64,000 nucleotides of DNA. Origin: Escherichia phage RB14. Below, piece by piece: positions 46,033 to 56,107 of this stretch (positions are counted from its first letter, which is position 1; every line of letters begins with the position of its first letter). The notes beneath the pieces were generated by a model. It was not told where the DNA came from. It searched no databases and saw only the letters and a program-made list of their open reading frames with translations. Location of the stretch: sequence record NC_012638.1. One strand, given 5' to 3'. Made by a program: the position numbers and the translations under genes.

Positions 46033-46275
46033 TCAAACAGACTTTTTCACAATTTTCCAATCAGCTTTAAACTGATCAACGTCAGAGTGATAAATCCAGA
46101 ATCCTGCGCTTTCTCCGTCTTCATAAAGAGGACATCCATCACATTCATCTTCCCATCCCATGTCACGTAAAAGATGTTCAGCTTTTTCAACAAGCCCAGA
46201 ATCTTTACCGATGATATTAAAATACCATTTACCTCTAACTTCCGAATCTTTGATGCTCTGACGTTGTAATCTCAT
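46033..46275 (-). CDS. Hypothetical protein (80 aa)
   Basis: ATG start. Confidence 0.55.
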   Translation of the reverse strand: MRLQRQSIKDSEVRGKWYFNIIGKDSGLVEKAEHLLRDMGWEDECDGCPLYEDGESAGFWIYHSDVDQFKADWKIVKKSV

Positions 46276-46329
46276 TTTATTCTCCTTAGTTGATAAGGCT
46301 ATAGTATCATTACCATAGCCCGTTGTAAA

Positions 46330-46695
46330 CTACTTTTTGAAAGTTTTTCGCAAAAGTTCAATGATTTCATCTACATTGTTTTCGTCAACAATGCAGTGAA
46401 TTTTTGTTACGCCAGAAACCTTGTCTTCGATTTCATCTTCTTCAGAAGTCGGTTCTTTATACTCACGAAAACAATGAAATTCGTCTTCACAAACGTTAAA
46501 GTAAAAATGCTTTCCATTTGCGCATTCAATGTGTTTTATTACTCTAAATCCATCAACAAAGAAAGCTTCTTTAACTTCAAACCATCCGCCATTTTCTTGG
46601 ATAATTTTAACTATTGATGAATTAGAACGTGGGCGATAATTAATAAATGTATCAATAAGTCTTGGAACAAGTTCATACTTTTTGCCGATATACAT
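46330..46695 (-). CDS. Hypothetical protein (121 aa)
   Basis: ATG start. Confidence 0.55.
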   Translation of the reverse strand: MYIGKKYELVPRLIDTFINYRPRSNSSIVKIIQENGGWFEVKEAFFVDGFRVIKHIECANGKHFYFNVCEDEFHCFREYKEPTSEEDEIEDKVSGVTKIHCIVDENNVDEIIELLRKTFKK

Positions 46696-46739
46696 TACGT
46701 TTTCCTCATTTTAACGGGGCTGTAATAGCCCCTTGATAA

Positions 46740-46970
46740 TTATTGTTCAATCAATCCCATGTAAAATTCTGCGTCTTCAGAATCCATGCCATCACAATAT
46801 TCATTAGCCATAAAGCGGGTGAGGTCTTCAAGAGGACCTTCAATGACAATAGAAAAATTGCAATAATTGGGATCATCGTGAATACTTGTGATACTAAGTT
46901 CAGGATAACGATTACGAATAATTTCTTCGATATATTCAAAATCAACGATGTCAATATCAACTTTAGCCAT
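46740..46970 (-). CDS. Hypothetical acidic protein (76 aa from ATG with Shine-Dalgarno)
   Basis: The track's longer start lies inside the promoter; ATG at 46970 is preceded by AAGAGGAAA. Confidence 0.55.
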   Translation of the reverse strand: MAKVDIDIVDFEYIEEIIRNRYPELSITSIHDDPNYCNFSIVIEGPLEDLTRFMANEYCDGMDSEDAEFYMGLIEQ

Positions 46971-47007
46971 ATTATTTTCCTCTTTAATCATCATCAGCAG
47001 CATTGCC

Positions 47008-47066
47008 GATAGTTGTATAGTACCACAGTATGCTTTGGTTGTAAACCGTTTTGTGAAAAAATTTTT
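47008..47066 (-). repeat. 59 bp identical promoter block, copy 1 (partner at 63478-63536)
   Basis: 59/59 identity, with similarity continuing into the flanking A-run. Confidence 0.9.
47017..47046 (-). promoter_or_regulatory. Early promoter for the gene at 46740-46970
   Basis: GTTTACA, 17 nt, TACTAT, with A/T-rich upstream element. Confidence 0.65.
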
Positions 47067-47077
47067 GAAATAAAAAA

Positions 47078-47096
47078 GGGGACCCTAGAGGTCCCC
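47078..47096 (-). terminator. Terminator downstream of gene 32
   Basis: GGGGACC-CTAGA-GGTCCCC hairpin followed on the minus strand by a T-run. Confidence 0.8.
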
Positions 47097-47118
47097 AATT
47101 AATTAGTAATATAATCTA

Positions 47119-48027
47119 TTAAAGGTCATTCAAAAGGTCATCCAGGTCCGTGTCATCAGCACTAGATGAACTGCTAGAGCTTGAGCTCATAAAATCATCT
47201 TCAGTTTTTGTATTGAAGTCATCAACATTGAATGCATCCAAATCATCAGCAACTTTATCAGCTTTCTTAGCAGCAGTTGCAGCGGCACCGCCCATCACAG
47301 CAGTTCCCATAACTTGACCGAATTTAGTATTCAGTTCTTCAAATGATTTGAATTTATCTTTAGAAGTCATTTCAGAAAGGTCAACCATTTGTTCGAACAG
47401 TTCTTTCTGGAAAGATTCATCGTCAATGTTTGGAATCGCAGATTGATTCAGGAATTTAGATTCATCGTAGTTACTAAATCCAGAAACCTGTTTAACTTTC
47501 AGTACAAAGTTAGCACCTTCCCACGGACAAGTTACATCAACTGGAGTTTCACCCATTTCAACATCAACTGCAATCATTGCATTGATTTTATCCCAGATTT
47601 TCTTACCGAAACGATATTTAAATACTTTACCTTCGTTTTCTGGAGCAGCTGGGTCTTTTACAACAAGAATGTTAGCCCAGTAAGAAGTTTTGCGTTTAAC
47701 AAGACTGTACTCTTTATTGTCAGTGTTGTACAAATCATTTTTACTGATGTACTGACATACTGGACAAGAATCGTAATCACCGTGGGTAGATGAGCAATTT
47801 TCGATATACCATTTACCGTTTTTCTTGAAACCGTGATTTACAAGAATTGCGAATGGTGCTTGTTCATCATTTTTAGACGGAAGAAAACGAATTACTGCTT
47901 GACCGTTACCCGCATTGTCGAGTTTCAGTTTCCACTCGCCTTTATCTTCAGAAGAAAAACCACCTTTATTTCCAGCCAGTTTAGCCATTTGCGCAGCAAG
48001 TTCAGCAGTAGATTTACGTTTAAACAT
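47119..48027 (-). CDS. 32: Single-stranded DNA-binding protein gp32 (302 aa)
   Basis: Matches recalled T4 gp32 incl. acidic Ser/Asp-rich C-terminus; late promoter and leader upstream; terminator downstream. Confidence 0.95.
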   Translation of the reverse strand: MFKRKSTAELAAQMAKLAGNKGGFSSEDKGEWKLKLDNAGNGQAVIRFLPSKNDEQAPFAILVNHGFKKNGKWYIENCSSTHGDYDSCPVCQYISKNDLYNTDNKEYSLVKRKTSYWANILVVKDPAAPENEGKVFKYRFGKKIWDKINAMIAVDVEMGETPVDVTCPWEGANFVLKVKQVSGFSNYDESKFLNQSAIPNIDDESFQKELFEQMVDLSEMTSKDKFKSFEELNTKFGQVMGTAVMGGAAATAAKKADKVADDLDAFNVDDFNTKTEDDFMSSSSSSSSSADDTDLDDLLNDL

Positions 48028-48100
48028 TTTTATTTCCTTTTTAATTTAATTAACAGTTGGTGCTATGACGATGTATGACCTCATAGCTGGTCAGTGAGAT
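48028..48100 (-). promoter_or_regulatory. Gene 32 mRNA leader (autogenous translational operator region)
   Basis: A/U-rich unstructured stretch before the start preceded by a GC-containing structured segment. Confidence 0.6.
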
Positions 48101-48110
48101 AATTATAATC

Positions 48111-48118
48111 TATTTATA
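48111..48118 (-). promoter_or_regulatory. Late promoter (reverse TATAAATA) upstream of gene 32
   Basis: Exact match. Confidence 0.6.
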
Positions 48119-48126
48119 ATAAGCAA

Positions 48127-48780
48127 TTAATACTTGCAAGATTTCACAGTTTCAATAAAAACACTTTTAGCTTTCTGTGAATCAATATTTAAAATTTTTC
48201 TATAAGCCTTTAACTTTATAGAATAATTATTCCAGACTAAATTATCAGTCTGTTCATCATGTTTATCAATTATATTTAAAAATGAATCAAGCAAGATAAA
48301 CGTCTCAAACGAAATTATATTCGATTGCAGAAGTTTAAAAATATAACTTGACTGAACCTTTGGATTATATTCAAAGATTTCTTTAAAAGCAGAAACTTCA
48401 ACTTTTTTACTAAAATAATAAATGTTGCGAATATCTTCTTCAAACTTAAATTTAATTTGCTTTAAGCGTCCGATATATTCACGATAAAACACAAGTGCAT
48501 CAGCGTCAGAGATGTCACCAATCCAAGCATCTTGGTTAGCAACCAAATTGCTTATAAAGATTAAAGCAAGTTCCTTTAATTTATATTTTTCTGATAACTT
48601 CTGGAAAAAATACTTATCCCTTCGCTTTTGATAAGCGGCATCAGACACCCGCATGCACCAATTATACTTAATAACATCATACTTTCCATTCATATGCTGT
48701 TTTATCATTAAGTATAATTTATAAACTGATTTACCATCAATGTATCTTTCACCACCAGCAGGCATGCGGAGTTTAATCAT
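48127..48780 (-). CDS. 59: Helicase loader gp59 (217 aa)
   Basis: 217 aa; directly follows gene 33; only about 100 bp separates it from gene 32. Confidence 0.9.
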   Translation of the reverse strand: MIKLRMPAGGERYIDGKSVYKLYLMIKQHMNGKYDVIKYNWCMRVSDAAYQKRRDKYFFQKLSEKYKLKELALIFISNLVANQDAWIGDISDADALVFYREYIGRLKQIKFKFEEDIRNIYYFSKKVEVSAFKEIFEYNPKVQSSYIFKLLQSNIISFETFILLDSFLNIIDKHDEQTDNLVWNNYSIKLKAYRKILNIDSQKAKSVFIETVKSCKY

Positions 48781-49115
48781 AGCAGAAAATCTAGTGTATT
48801 AGTTTTTTCACAACGAACAACAGAAGGACGTAAAAGATTTTCGTCAATAGCTTCTGACTGAATTTTTTCAATTATACCCGAAGGAATAAATTTAGCAAAT
48901 TGAGTTTCAGGAATAGAATTTTCTTCCAAGAATGCTGTCGTAGCTTCAAGATAACTCATTCCAAACTCTTCTACCATTTTTTCAATAATAAATCCATTTT
49001 CTTGACGATCAAGAAGCTTTGCTATTTCATCCTTTTCTTTTTTGATTGAAAGTTCTTTTTCTGAAAGACCGGTCTCATCGACCGGACGAATATCATTTAG
49101 AGAAAACTGTGTCAT
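48777..49115 (-). CDS. 33: Late transcription co-activator gp33 (112 aa)
   Basis: ATG at 49115 gives MTQFSL... and 112 aa. Confidence 0.85.
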   Translation of the reverse strand: MTQFSLNDIRPVDETGLSEKELSIKKEKDEIAKLLDRQENGFIIEKMVEEFGMSYLEATTAFLEENSIPETQFAKFIPSGIIEKIQSEAIDENLLRPSVVRCEKTNTLDFLL

Positions 49116-49362
49116 AAAGTTCAACTACCTCTTCAGTTTCAGCTTCAAACACATCACGGTTATCTTTATGATACAAAGCTAATAGACGATTAAACATCTT
49201 ACCATCAACGCCAAGTTCATCTTTAGCACGAATTCGAATATCTTTAATCAGTTCATTATAACCGGAAATTTTCAGTTTATGATCAGATGCTTCTTTAATA
49301 AATTTAGCCAAGTCTTCGCCGTGGATAGCTTCATCAAATTCAACCATTTCTTTTTTAGCCAT
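49093..49362 (-). CDS. dsbA: Double-stranded DNA-binding protein DsbA (89 aa)
   Basis: 89 aa; overlaps gene 33 start. Confidence 0.85.
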   Translation of the reverse strand: MAKKEMVEFDEAIHGEDLAKFIKEASDHKLKISGYNELIKDIRIRAKDELGVDGKMFNRLLALYHKDNRDVFEAETEEVVELYDTVFSK

Positions 49363-49370
49363 TATTCACC

Positions 49371-50288
49371 TCAAAATTCATTAATGCTATTAGTTAATTT
49401 AGAAAGACCCGCTTTTACAAAATATGAATAAATTTTGCCACGCGGTGGTAATTTATATGAATTATAGTAATTCACAATGTTTGAAGCAATATTATCAGGA
49501 ATATAATCAAAATCAATTAGAACTAGATTTTCTTTATAACGATTATATTCAGATTCTGTGAGAAGCACCTTAGCTTGCTCACGGTCATTAGCAATAGCTT
49601 CAACGATTGAAGTTTTCATTGAAGGAGTTCGTTCACCTTCAACTTTGGTAAACCAAAAGTCAGATCGTACTTTAACTGAAGCAACGTTATCCTTTTTGTC
49701 GCCTTTAAGGATTTTAGTCATACAGTCAATTTCAGCAGAACCGCTTTTAATTTTAACCCATTTCTTGTGCATCGGTGACCATTGCTTAACATTTGGGTAT
49801 TTGTGAAGCTGTGTAAAGTCACCATCCGACGAAATGATTAAAATTTTATGTCCTTCTAAAGAGAACTTTTTAACAAGAACAGCAATGTGGTCATCTGCTT
49901 CATACTTATCAATATCCATAACAATGTATGGCATATAAGCTTTTAATTCATCTATAACTTTATGGCTGGATTCAAAATAACCTTCCCAGTCCCAAGTAGA
50001 TTCTTCTCGTGCTTTTCCACGGTTTTTCTTATAATAATAGGCGAAATCACGACGCCAATATCCAGATTTCGCGTTATCAATACACAGTACAATTTTAGTG
50101 TATCCAAGCGTTTTTGCTTTTTTGACATTAAACTTAATTGAGTTCAATATCAAATGACGAACCATTGATAAATTAATTTTTTCTTTATCTGGGAAGTTTA
50201 CCAGAGCAGTTGAAAGCGCGATTTGACTAAAGTCAATAAAGCAAATTCCCTCTTTGTAATCTTCATCCAGCATCATTTCTAAATCCAT
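49371..50288 (-). CDS. rnh: RNase H / 5'-3' exonuclease (305 aa)
   Basis: ATG at 50288 gives MDLEMMLDEDYKEGIC; early promoter upstream. Confidence 0.9.
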   Translation of the reverse strand: MDLEMMLDEDYKEGICFIDFSQIALSTALVNFPDKEKINLSMVRHLILNSIKFNVKKAKTLGYTKIVLCIDNAKSGYWRRDFAYYYKKNRGKAREESTWDWEGYFESSHKVIDELKAYMPYIVMDIDKYEADDHIAVLVKKFSLEGHKILIISSDGDFTQLHKYPNVKQWSPMHKKWVKIKSGSAEIDCMTKILKGDKKDNVASVKVRSDFWFTKVEGERTPSMKTSIVEAIANDREQAKVLLTESEYNRYKENLVLIDFDYIPDNIASNIVNYYNSYKLPPRGKIYSYFVKAGLSKLTNSINEF

Positions 50289-50317
50289 ATGAACCTCGTT
50301 CAATTAGTGAGATTTCT

Positions 50318-50347
50318 ATTATATACCATCCAAATCTTAAAGTAAAC
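50318..50347 (-). promoter_or_regulatory. Early promoter for rnh
   Basis: GTTTACT, 17 nt, TATAAT on the minus strand. Confidence 0.65.
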
Positions 50348-50350
50348 AAG

Positions 50351-50358
50351 TATAAATA
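50351..50358 (+). promoter_or_regulatory. Late promoter TATAAATA for gene 34
   Basis: Exact match. Confidence 0.7.
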
Positions 50359-50392
50359 CTTATTATTGAAAACACAATAGGAGCCCGGGAGA

Positions 50393-53300
50393 ATGGCCGA
50401 GATTAAAAGAAAGTTCAGAGCAGAAGATGGTCTGGACGCAGGTGGCGATAAAATAATCAACGTAGCTTTAGCTGATCGTACCGTAGGAACTGACGGTGTT
50501 AACGTTGATTACTTAATTCAAGAAAACACAGTTCAGCAATATGATCCAACTCGTGGATATTTAAAAGATTTTGTAATCATTTATAATAATCGTTTTTGGG
50601 CAGCAACGGATAATATTCCAAAACCTGCTGGAAATTTTAATAGAATTCGTTGGAAAGCATTACGTACTGATGCCGTATATACAACCGTATCATCTGGACC
50701 ATATCAATTAAAATCCGGAGAAGCAATTTCAGTAGATACATCAGTTGGCAATGACATTGAGTTTACTTTACCACCTTCTCCGCTTGATGGAGAAACCGTA
50801 ATAATTCAAGATATCGGTGGAAAACCTGGCATAAATCAGGTTAAAATAAATTCTTCAAATCAGAGTATTGTCAATTTTAGAGGTGAACAGGTACGTTCAG
50901 TTTTAATGACTCATCCAAAGTCACAGATGGTATTCATTTTTAATAATCGTTTGTGGCAAATGTATATTGCTGATTATAGCAGAGAAGCTGCGATTGTTAC
51001 TCCATCGACTGCATATCAAGCACAATCTAATGATTTTATCGTACGTAGATTTACTTCTGCCGCACCGATTAATGTTAAACTTCCAAGATTTGCCAATCAT
51101 GGAGATATCATTAATTTCGTTGATTTAGATAAATTAAATCCACTTTATCATACAATTGTTACGACATATGATGAAACAACGTCAGTGCAAGAAGTTGGAA
51201 CTCATTCCATTGAAGGCCGTACATCGATTGACGGTTTCTTGATGTTTGATGATAATGAGAAATTGTGGAGATTGTTTGACGGGGATAGTAAAGCACGTTT
51301 ACGCATTATAACAACTAATTCTAATATTCGTCCAAATGAAGAAGTCATGGTATTTGGTGCGAATAACGGAACAGCCCAAACAATTGAGCTTCAGCTTCCA
51401 ACTGATATTTCTGTTGGTGATACTGTTAAAATTTCCATGAATTACATGAGAAAAGGACAAACAGTTAAAATCAAAGCTGCCGGTGAAGATAAAATTGCTT
51501 CTTCAGTTCAATTACTGCAATTCCCAAAACGTTCAGAATATCCGCCTGAAGCTGAATGGGTAACAGTTCAAGAATTAGTTTTTAATGGTGAAACTAATTA
51601 TGTACCAGTTTTGCAACTTGCTTATATAGAAGATTCTGATGGAAAATACTGGGTTGTACAGCAAAACGTTCCAACAGTTGAAAGAGTCGATTCTTTAAAT
51701 AATTCTACTAGAGCAAGATTAGGCGTAATTGCTTTAGCTACACAAGCTCAAGCAAATGCTGATTTAGAAAATTCTCCGCAAAAAGAATTGGCAATTACTC
51801 CAGAAACGTTAGCTAATCGTACTGCTACTGAAACTCGCAGAGGTATTGCAAGAATAGCAACTACTGTTCAAGTAAATCAGAACACCACATTCTCTTTTGC
51901 AGATGACCTTATCATCACTCCTAAAAAGCTGAATGAAAGAACTGCTACAGAAACTCGTAGAGGTGTCGCTGAAATTGCTACGCAACAGGAAACTAATACA
52001 GGTACTGATGATACTACAATCATCACTCCTAAAAAGCTTCAAGCTCGTCAAGGTTCCGAATCATTATCTGGTATTGTAACTTTTGTATCTACTGCAGGAG
52101 CTACTCCAGCTTCTAGTCGTGAATTAAATGGTACAAATGTTTATAATAAAAACACTAATAATTTAGTTGTTTCACCTAAAGCTTTGGATCAGTATAAAGC
52201 TACTCCAACGCAACAAGGCGCAGTAATTTTAGCAGTTGAAAGTGAAGTAATTGCTGGACAAAGCCAAGAAGGATGGGCAAATGCGGTTGTAACGCCAGAA
52301 ACGTTACATAAAAAGACATCAACTGATGGAAGAATTGGTTTAATTGAAATTGCTACACAAAGTGAAGTTAATACAGGAACTGATTATACACGTGCAGTCA
52401 CTCCTAAAACTTTAAATGACCGTAAAGCAACTGAAAGTTTAAGTGGTATAGCTGAAATTGCTACGCAAGTTGAATTCGACGCAGGCGTCGACGATACTCG
52501 TATCTCTACACCATTAAAAATTAAAACCAGATTTAATAGTACTGATCGTACTTCTGTTGTTGCTCTATCTGGATTAGTTGAATCAGGAACTCTCTGGGAC
52601 CATTATACCCTTAATATTCTTGAAGCAAATGAGACACAGCGTGGTACACTTCGTGTAGCTACACAAGTTGAAGCTGCTGCAGGAACATTAGATAATGTTT
52701 TAATAACTCCTAAAAAGCTTTTAGGTACTAAATCTACCGAATCGCAAGAAGGTGTTATTAAAGTTGCAACTCAGTCTGAAACTGTGACTGGAACGTCAGC
52801 AAATACTGCTGTATCTCCAAAAAATTTAAAATGGATTGTGCAGAGTGAACCTACTTGGGCAGCAACTACTGCGATAAGGGGCTTTGTTAAAACTTCTTCT
52901 GGTTCATTAACGTTTGTTGGTAATGATACGGTAGGTTCAACACAGCCATTAGAATCATATGAGAAAAATAGTTATGCAGTATCACCATATGAATTAAATC
53001 GCGTATTAGCAAATTATTTGCCATTAAAAGCAAAAGCTGTAGATAGTAATTTATTAGATGGTCTAGATTCGCTCCAGTTCATTCGTAGGGACATTGCACA
53101 AACAGTTAATGGTTCACTAACCTTAACCCAACAAACGAATCTGGGTGCCCCTCTTGTATCATCTAGTACTGCTACATTCGGTGGATCAGTTTCAGCAAAT
53201 AGTACATTAACTATTTCTAATACTGGAACGGCAACTCGTCTGATTTTTGAGAAAGGACCTCAAACTGGAACAAACCCGGCTCAAACGATGACAGTCAGAG

Positions 53301-54262
53301 TGTGGGGAAATCAATTTAGCGGGGAATCAGACACAACACGTTCTACCGTATTTGAAGTTAGTGATGAAACGTCTAGTCATTTTTATTCTCAGCGTAATAA
53401 AGCTGGAAATATAACATTTAATATCAACGGTACAGTAACACCGATAAATGTTAATGCTTCAGGAACATTGAATGCAAATGGTGTAGCAACATTTGGTAAT
53501 TCAGTCACTGCAACTGGTGAAATTATTTCTCGAAGCGCAAATGCTTTCCGTGCTATTAACGGAAATTATGGTTTCATTGTTCGCAATGATGGGTCAGTAA
53601 CGAATTTTATGCTTACTGCATCGGGTGATCAAACTGGCGGATTTAATGGATTGCGTCCTTTAGCTATTAATAATGCATCTGGCCAAGTAACGATTGGTGA
53701 AAGCTTAATCATTGCAAAAGGTGCTACTATAAGTTCGGGTGGTTTGACTGTTAACTCGAGAATTCGTTCTCAGGGTACTAAAACCTCTGATTTATATACC
53801 CGTGCGCCAACATCTGATACAGTAGGATTCTGGTCAATCGATATTAATGATTCAGCCACTTATAACCAGTTTCCGGGTTATTTTAAAATGGTTGAAAAAA
53901 CTAATGAAGTGACTGGACTTCCATACTTAGAACGTGGTGAAGAAGTTAAATCTCCTGGTACATTGACTCAGTTTGGTAACACACTTGATTCACTTTACCA
54001 AGATTGGATTACTTATCCAACGACCCCAGAAGCACGTACCACTCGCTGGACGCGTACATGGCAGAAAACTAAAAATTCTTGGTCAAGTTTTGTTCAGGTA
54101 TTTGATGGAGGTAACCCTCCTCAACCTTCGGATATAGGAGCAATCCCATCTGATAATGGAATAATAGGTAATCTTACTATTCGTGATTTCTTACGAATTG
54201 GTAATGTTCGCATTATTCCTGACCCAGTGAATAAAACTGTTAAATTTGAATGGGTTGAATAA
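50393..54262 (+). CDS. 34: Long tail fibre proximal subunit gp34 (1289 aa)
   Basis: 1289 aa; repeated ETRRG/ATETRRG segments; late promoter at 50351. Confidence 0.93.
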   Translation: MAEIKRKFRAEDGLDAGGDKIINVALADRTVGTDGVNVDYLIQENTVQQYDPTRGYLKDFVIIYNNRFWAATDNIPKPAGNFNRIRWKALRTDAVYTTVSSGPYQLKSGEAISVDTSVGNDIEFTLPPSPLDGETVIIQDIGGKPGINQVKINSSNQSIVNFRGEQVRSVLMTHPKSQMVFIFNNRLWQMYIADYSREAAIVTPSTAYQAQSNDFIVRRFTSAAPINVKLPRFANHGDIINFVDLDKLNPLYHTIVTTYDETTSVQEVGTHSIEGRTSIDGFLMFDDNEKLWRLFDGDSKARLRIITTNSNIRPNEEVMVFGANNGTAQTIELQLPTDISVGDTVKISMNYMRKGQTVKIKAAGEDKIASSVQLLQFPKRSEYPPEAEWVTVQELVFNGETNYVPVLQLAYIEDSDGKYWVVQQNVPTVERVDSLNNSTRARLGVIALATQAQANADLENSPQKELAITPETLANRTATETRRGIARIATTVQVNQNTTFSFADDLIITPKKLNERTATETRRGVAEIATQQETNTGTDDTTIITPKKLQARQGSESLSGIVTFVSTAGATPASSRELNGTNVYNKNTNNLVVSPKALDQYKATPTQQGAVILAVESEVIAGQSQEGWANAVVTPETLHKKTSTDGRIGLIEIATQSEVNTGTDYTRAVTPKTLNDRKATESLSGIAEIATQVEFDAGVDDTRISTPLKIKTRFNSTDRTSVVALSGLVESGTLWDHYTLNILEANETQRGTLRVATQVEAAAGTLDNVLITPKKLLGTKSTESQEGVIKVATQSETVTGTSANTAVSPKNLKWIVQSEPTWAATTAIRGFVKTSSGSLTFVGNDTVGSTQPLESYEKNSYAVSPYELNRVLANYLPLKAKAVDSNLLDGLDSLQFIRRDIAQTVNGSLTLTQQTNLGAPLVSSSTATFGGSVSANSTLTISNTGTATRLIFEKGPQTGTNPAQTMTVRVWGNQFSGESDTTRSTVFEVSDETSSHFYSQRNKAGNITFNINGTVTPINVNASGTLNANGVATFGNSVTATGEIISRSANAFRAINGNYGFIVRNDGSVTNFMLTASGDQTGGFNGLRPLAINNASGQVTIGESLIIAKGATISSGGLTVNSRIRSQGTKTSDLYTRAPTSDTVGFWSIDINDSATYNQFPGYFKMVEKTNEVTGLPYLERGEEVKSPGTLTQFGNTLDSLYQDWITYPTTPEARTTRWTRTWQKTKNSWSSFVQVFDGGNPPQPSDIGAIPSDNGIIGNLTIRDFLRIGNVRIIPDPVNKTVKFEWVE

Positions 54263-54270
54263 GAGGTATT

Positions 54271-55386
54271 ATGGAAAAATTTATGGCAGAGTTTGGACAA
54301 GGATATGTCCAAACGCCATTTTTATCGGAAAGCAATTCAGTAAGATATAAAATAAGCATAGCGGGTTCTTGCCCGCTTTCTACTGCGGGGCCATATGTTA
54401 AATTTCAGGATAATCCCGTTGGAAATCAAACATTTAGTGCAGGTCTTCATTTAAGAGTTTTTGACCCTTCTACAGGAGCATTAGTTGATAGTAAGTCATA
54501 TGCTTTTTCTGCTTCAAACAATACAACATCTACCGCTTTTGTCAGTTTCATGAATTCTTTGTCAAACAATAGACTTGTTGCTATATTAACTAGCGGAAAG
54601 GTTAATTTTCCTCCTGAAGTGGTATCTTGGTTAAGGGGAGCAGGAACTTCAGTTTTTCCATCAGATTCAGTATTGTCAAGATTTGACGTGTCATATGCTG
54701 CTTTTTACACTTCTTCTAAAAGAGCTATCGCATTAGAGCATGTTAAACTAAGTAATAGAAAAAGCACAGATGACTATCAAACTATTTTAGATGTTGTATT
54801 TGATAGTTTAGAAGACGTCGGAGCTACGGGATTTCCTAAAAGAACATATGAAAGTGTCGAGCAATTTATGTCAGCGGTTGGTGGAACTAATAACGAAATT
54901 GCGCGATTGCCAACTTCAGCTGCTATAAGTAAATTATCTGATTATAATTTAATTCCTGGTGATGTTCTTTATCTTAAAGCCCAGTTATATGCTGATGCTG
55001 ATTTACTTGATCTTGGAACTACAAATATATCCATTCGTTTTTATGATGCATCAAATGGATATATTTCTTCAACACAGGCTGAGTTTACTGGACAAGTTGG
55101 ATCTTGGGAATTAAAGGAAGATTATGTAGTTGTTCCTGAAAATGCAGTCGGATTTACTATATATGCGCAGAGAACTGCTCAAGCTGGTCAAGGCGGAATG
55201 AGGAATTTAAGCTTTTCTGAAGTATCAAGAAATGGCGGAATTTCGAAACCTGCTGAATTTGGTGTCAATGGTATTCGTGTTAATTATATCGGTGAATCCT
55301 CTTCACCTCCAGATATAATGGTACTTCCTACACAGGCATCGTCTAAAACTGGTAAAGTGTTTGGACAGGAATTTAGAGAAGTTTAA
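54271..55386 (+). CDS. 35: Long tail fibre hinge protein gp35 (371 aa)
   Basis: 371 aa; position; terminator downstream. Confidence 0.88.
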   Translation: MEKFMAEFGQGYVQTPFLSESNSVRYKISIAGSCPLSTAGPYVKFQDNPVGNQTFSAGLHLRVFDPSTGALVDSKSYAFSASNNTTSTAFVSFMNSLSNNRLVAILTSGKVNFPPEVVSWLRGAGTSVFPSDSVLSRFDVSYAAFYTSSKRAIALEHVKLSNRKSTDDYQTILDVVFDSLEDVGATGFPKRTYESVEQFMSAVGGTNNEIARLPTSAAISKLSDYNLIPGDVLYLKAQLYADADLLDLGTTNISIRFYDASNGYISSTQAEFTGQVGSWELKEDYVVVPENAVGFTIYAQRTAQAGQGGMRNLSFSEVSRNGGISKPAEFGVNGIRVNYIGESSSPPDIMVLPTQASSKTGKVFGQEFREV

Positions 55387-55391
55387 ACTGA

Positions 55392-55415
55392 GGGAGCCTT
55401 CGGGTTCCTTTTTTC
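55392..55415 (+). terminator. Terminator after gene 35
   Basis: GGAGCC-TTCG-GGTTCC hairpin followed by T7. Confidence 0.75.
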
Positions 55416-55417
55416 TT

Positions 55418-55425
55418 TATAAATA
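55418..55425 (+). promoter_or_regulatory. Late promoter TATAAATA for gene 36
   Basis: Exact match. Confidence 0.7.
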
Positions 55426-55448
55426 ATATTAAAATAAAGGGGCATACA

Positions 55449-56099
55449 ATGGCTGATTTAAAAGTAGGTTCAACTGTAGGTGGATCTGTCATTTGGCATC
55501 AAGGAAATTTTCCGTTGAATTCAGCCGGTGACGATGTACTCTACAAATCATTTAAAATATATTCAGAATATAATAAACCACAGGCAGCTGATAATGATTT
55601 CGTTTCTAAATCTACCGGTGGTACTTACACAGGCCCAGTTACTATTAATTATGGTGTAAATAGTTATCTTCAATTAAGTAATAATGAAACCCCCATCCGA
55701 ATTCGTTCTGGTGGCGGCACTGGTAATACTCTTGTAGTTGGTGGCTCTTCTGGCGGTATTAGTTTTAGACCAGCAGGTAGTGAAATCACTACTGGACAAA
55801 TTACTATTACGCCAGAAGGTTTGACAACATTTACCAAAGCTGTAACGGCTCCATCTGTAACTGTTACATCTACTCCTTCCGCAGCATCTGATGTTACTCG
55901 TAAAGATTATGTTGATGGAGCAATAAATACTGTTACAGCAAATGCAAACTCTAGGGTATTACGCTCTGGAGACACTATGACAGGAAATTTAACTGCGCCA
56001 AACCTTTTTTCACAGAATCCTGCATCTCAACCTTCACACGTTCCACGATTTGACCAAATCGTAATGAAGGATTCTGTTCAAGATTTCGGCTATTATTAA
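55449..56099 (+). CDS. 36: Long tail fibre distal connector gp36 (216 aa)
   Basis: 216 aa; late promoter at 55418. Confidence 0.88.
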   Translation: MADLKVGSTVGGSVIWHQGNFPLNSAGDDVLYKSFKIYSEYNKPQAADNDFVSKSTGGTYTGPVTINYGVNSYLQLSNNETPIRIRSGGGTGNTLVVGGSSGGISFRPAGSEITTGQITITPEGLTTFTKAVTAPSVTVTSTPSAASDVTRKDYVDGAINTVTANANSRVLRSGDTMTGNLTAPNLFSQNPASQPSHVPRFDQIVMKDSVQDFGYY

Positions 56100-56107
56100 G
56101 AGGACTT

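Noticed and set aside
46716-46732. Hairpin GGGGCTGTAATAGCCCC as a possible terminator
   Set aside because: There is no U-run on the minus strand where the genes are transcribed; more likely an RNA stability or processing structure.
47026-47036. MotA-box-like TATGCTTTG on the plus strand inside the repeated promoter block
   Set aside because: It is on the non-transcribed strand for the local genes, has no suitably spaced -10 element, and the last base deviates from consensus.
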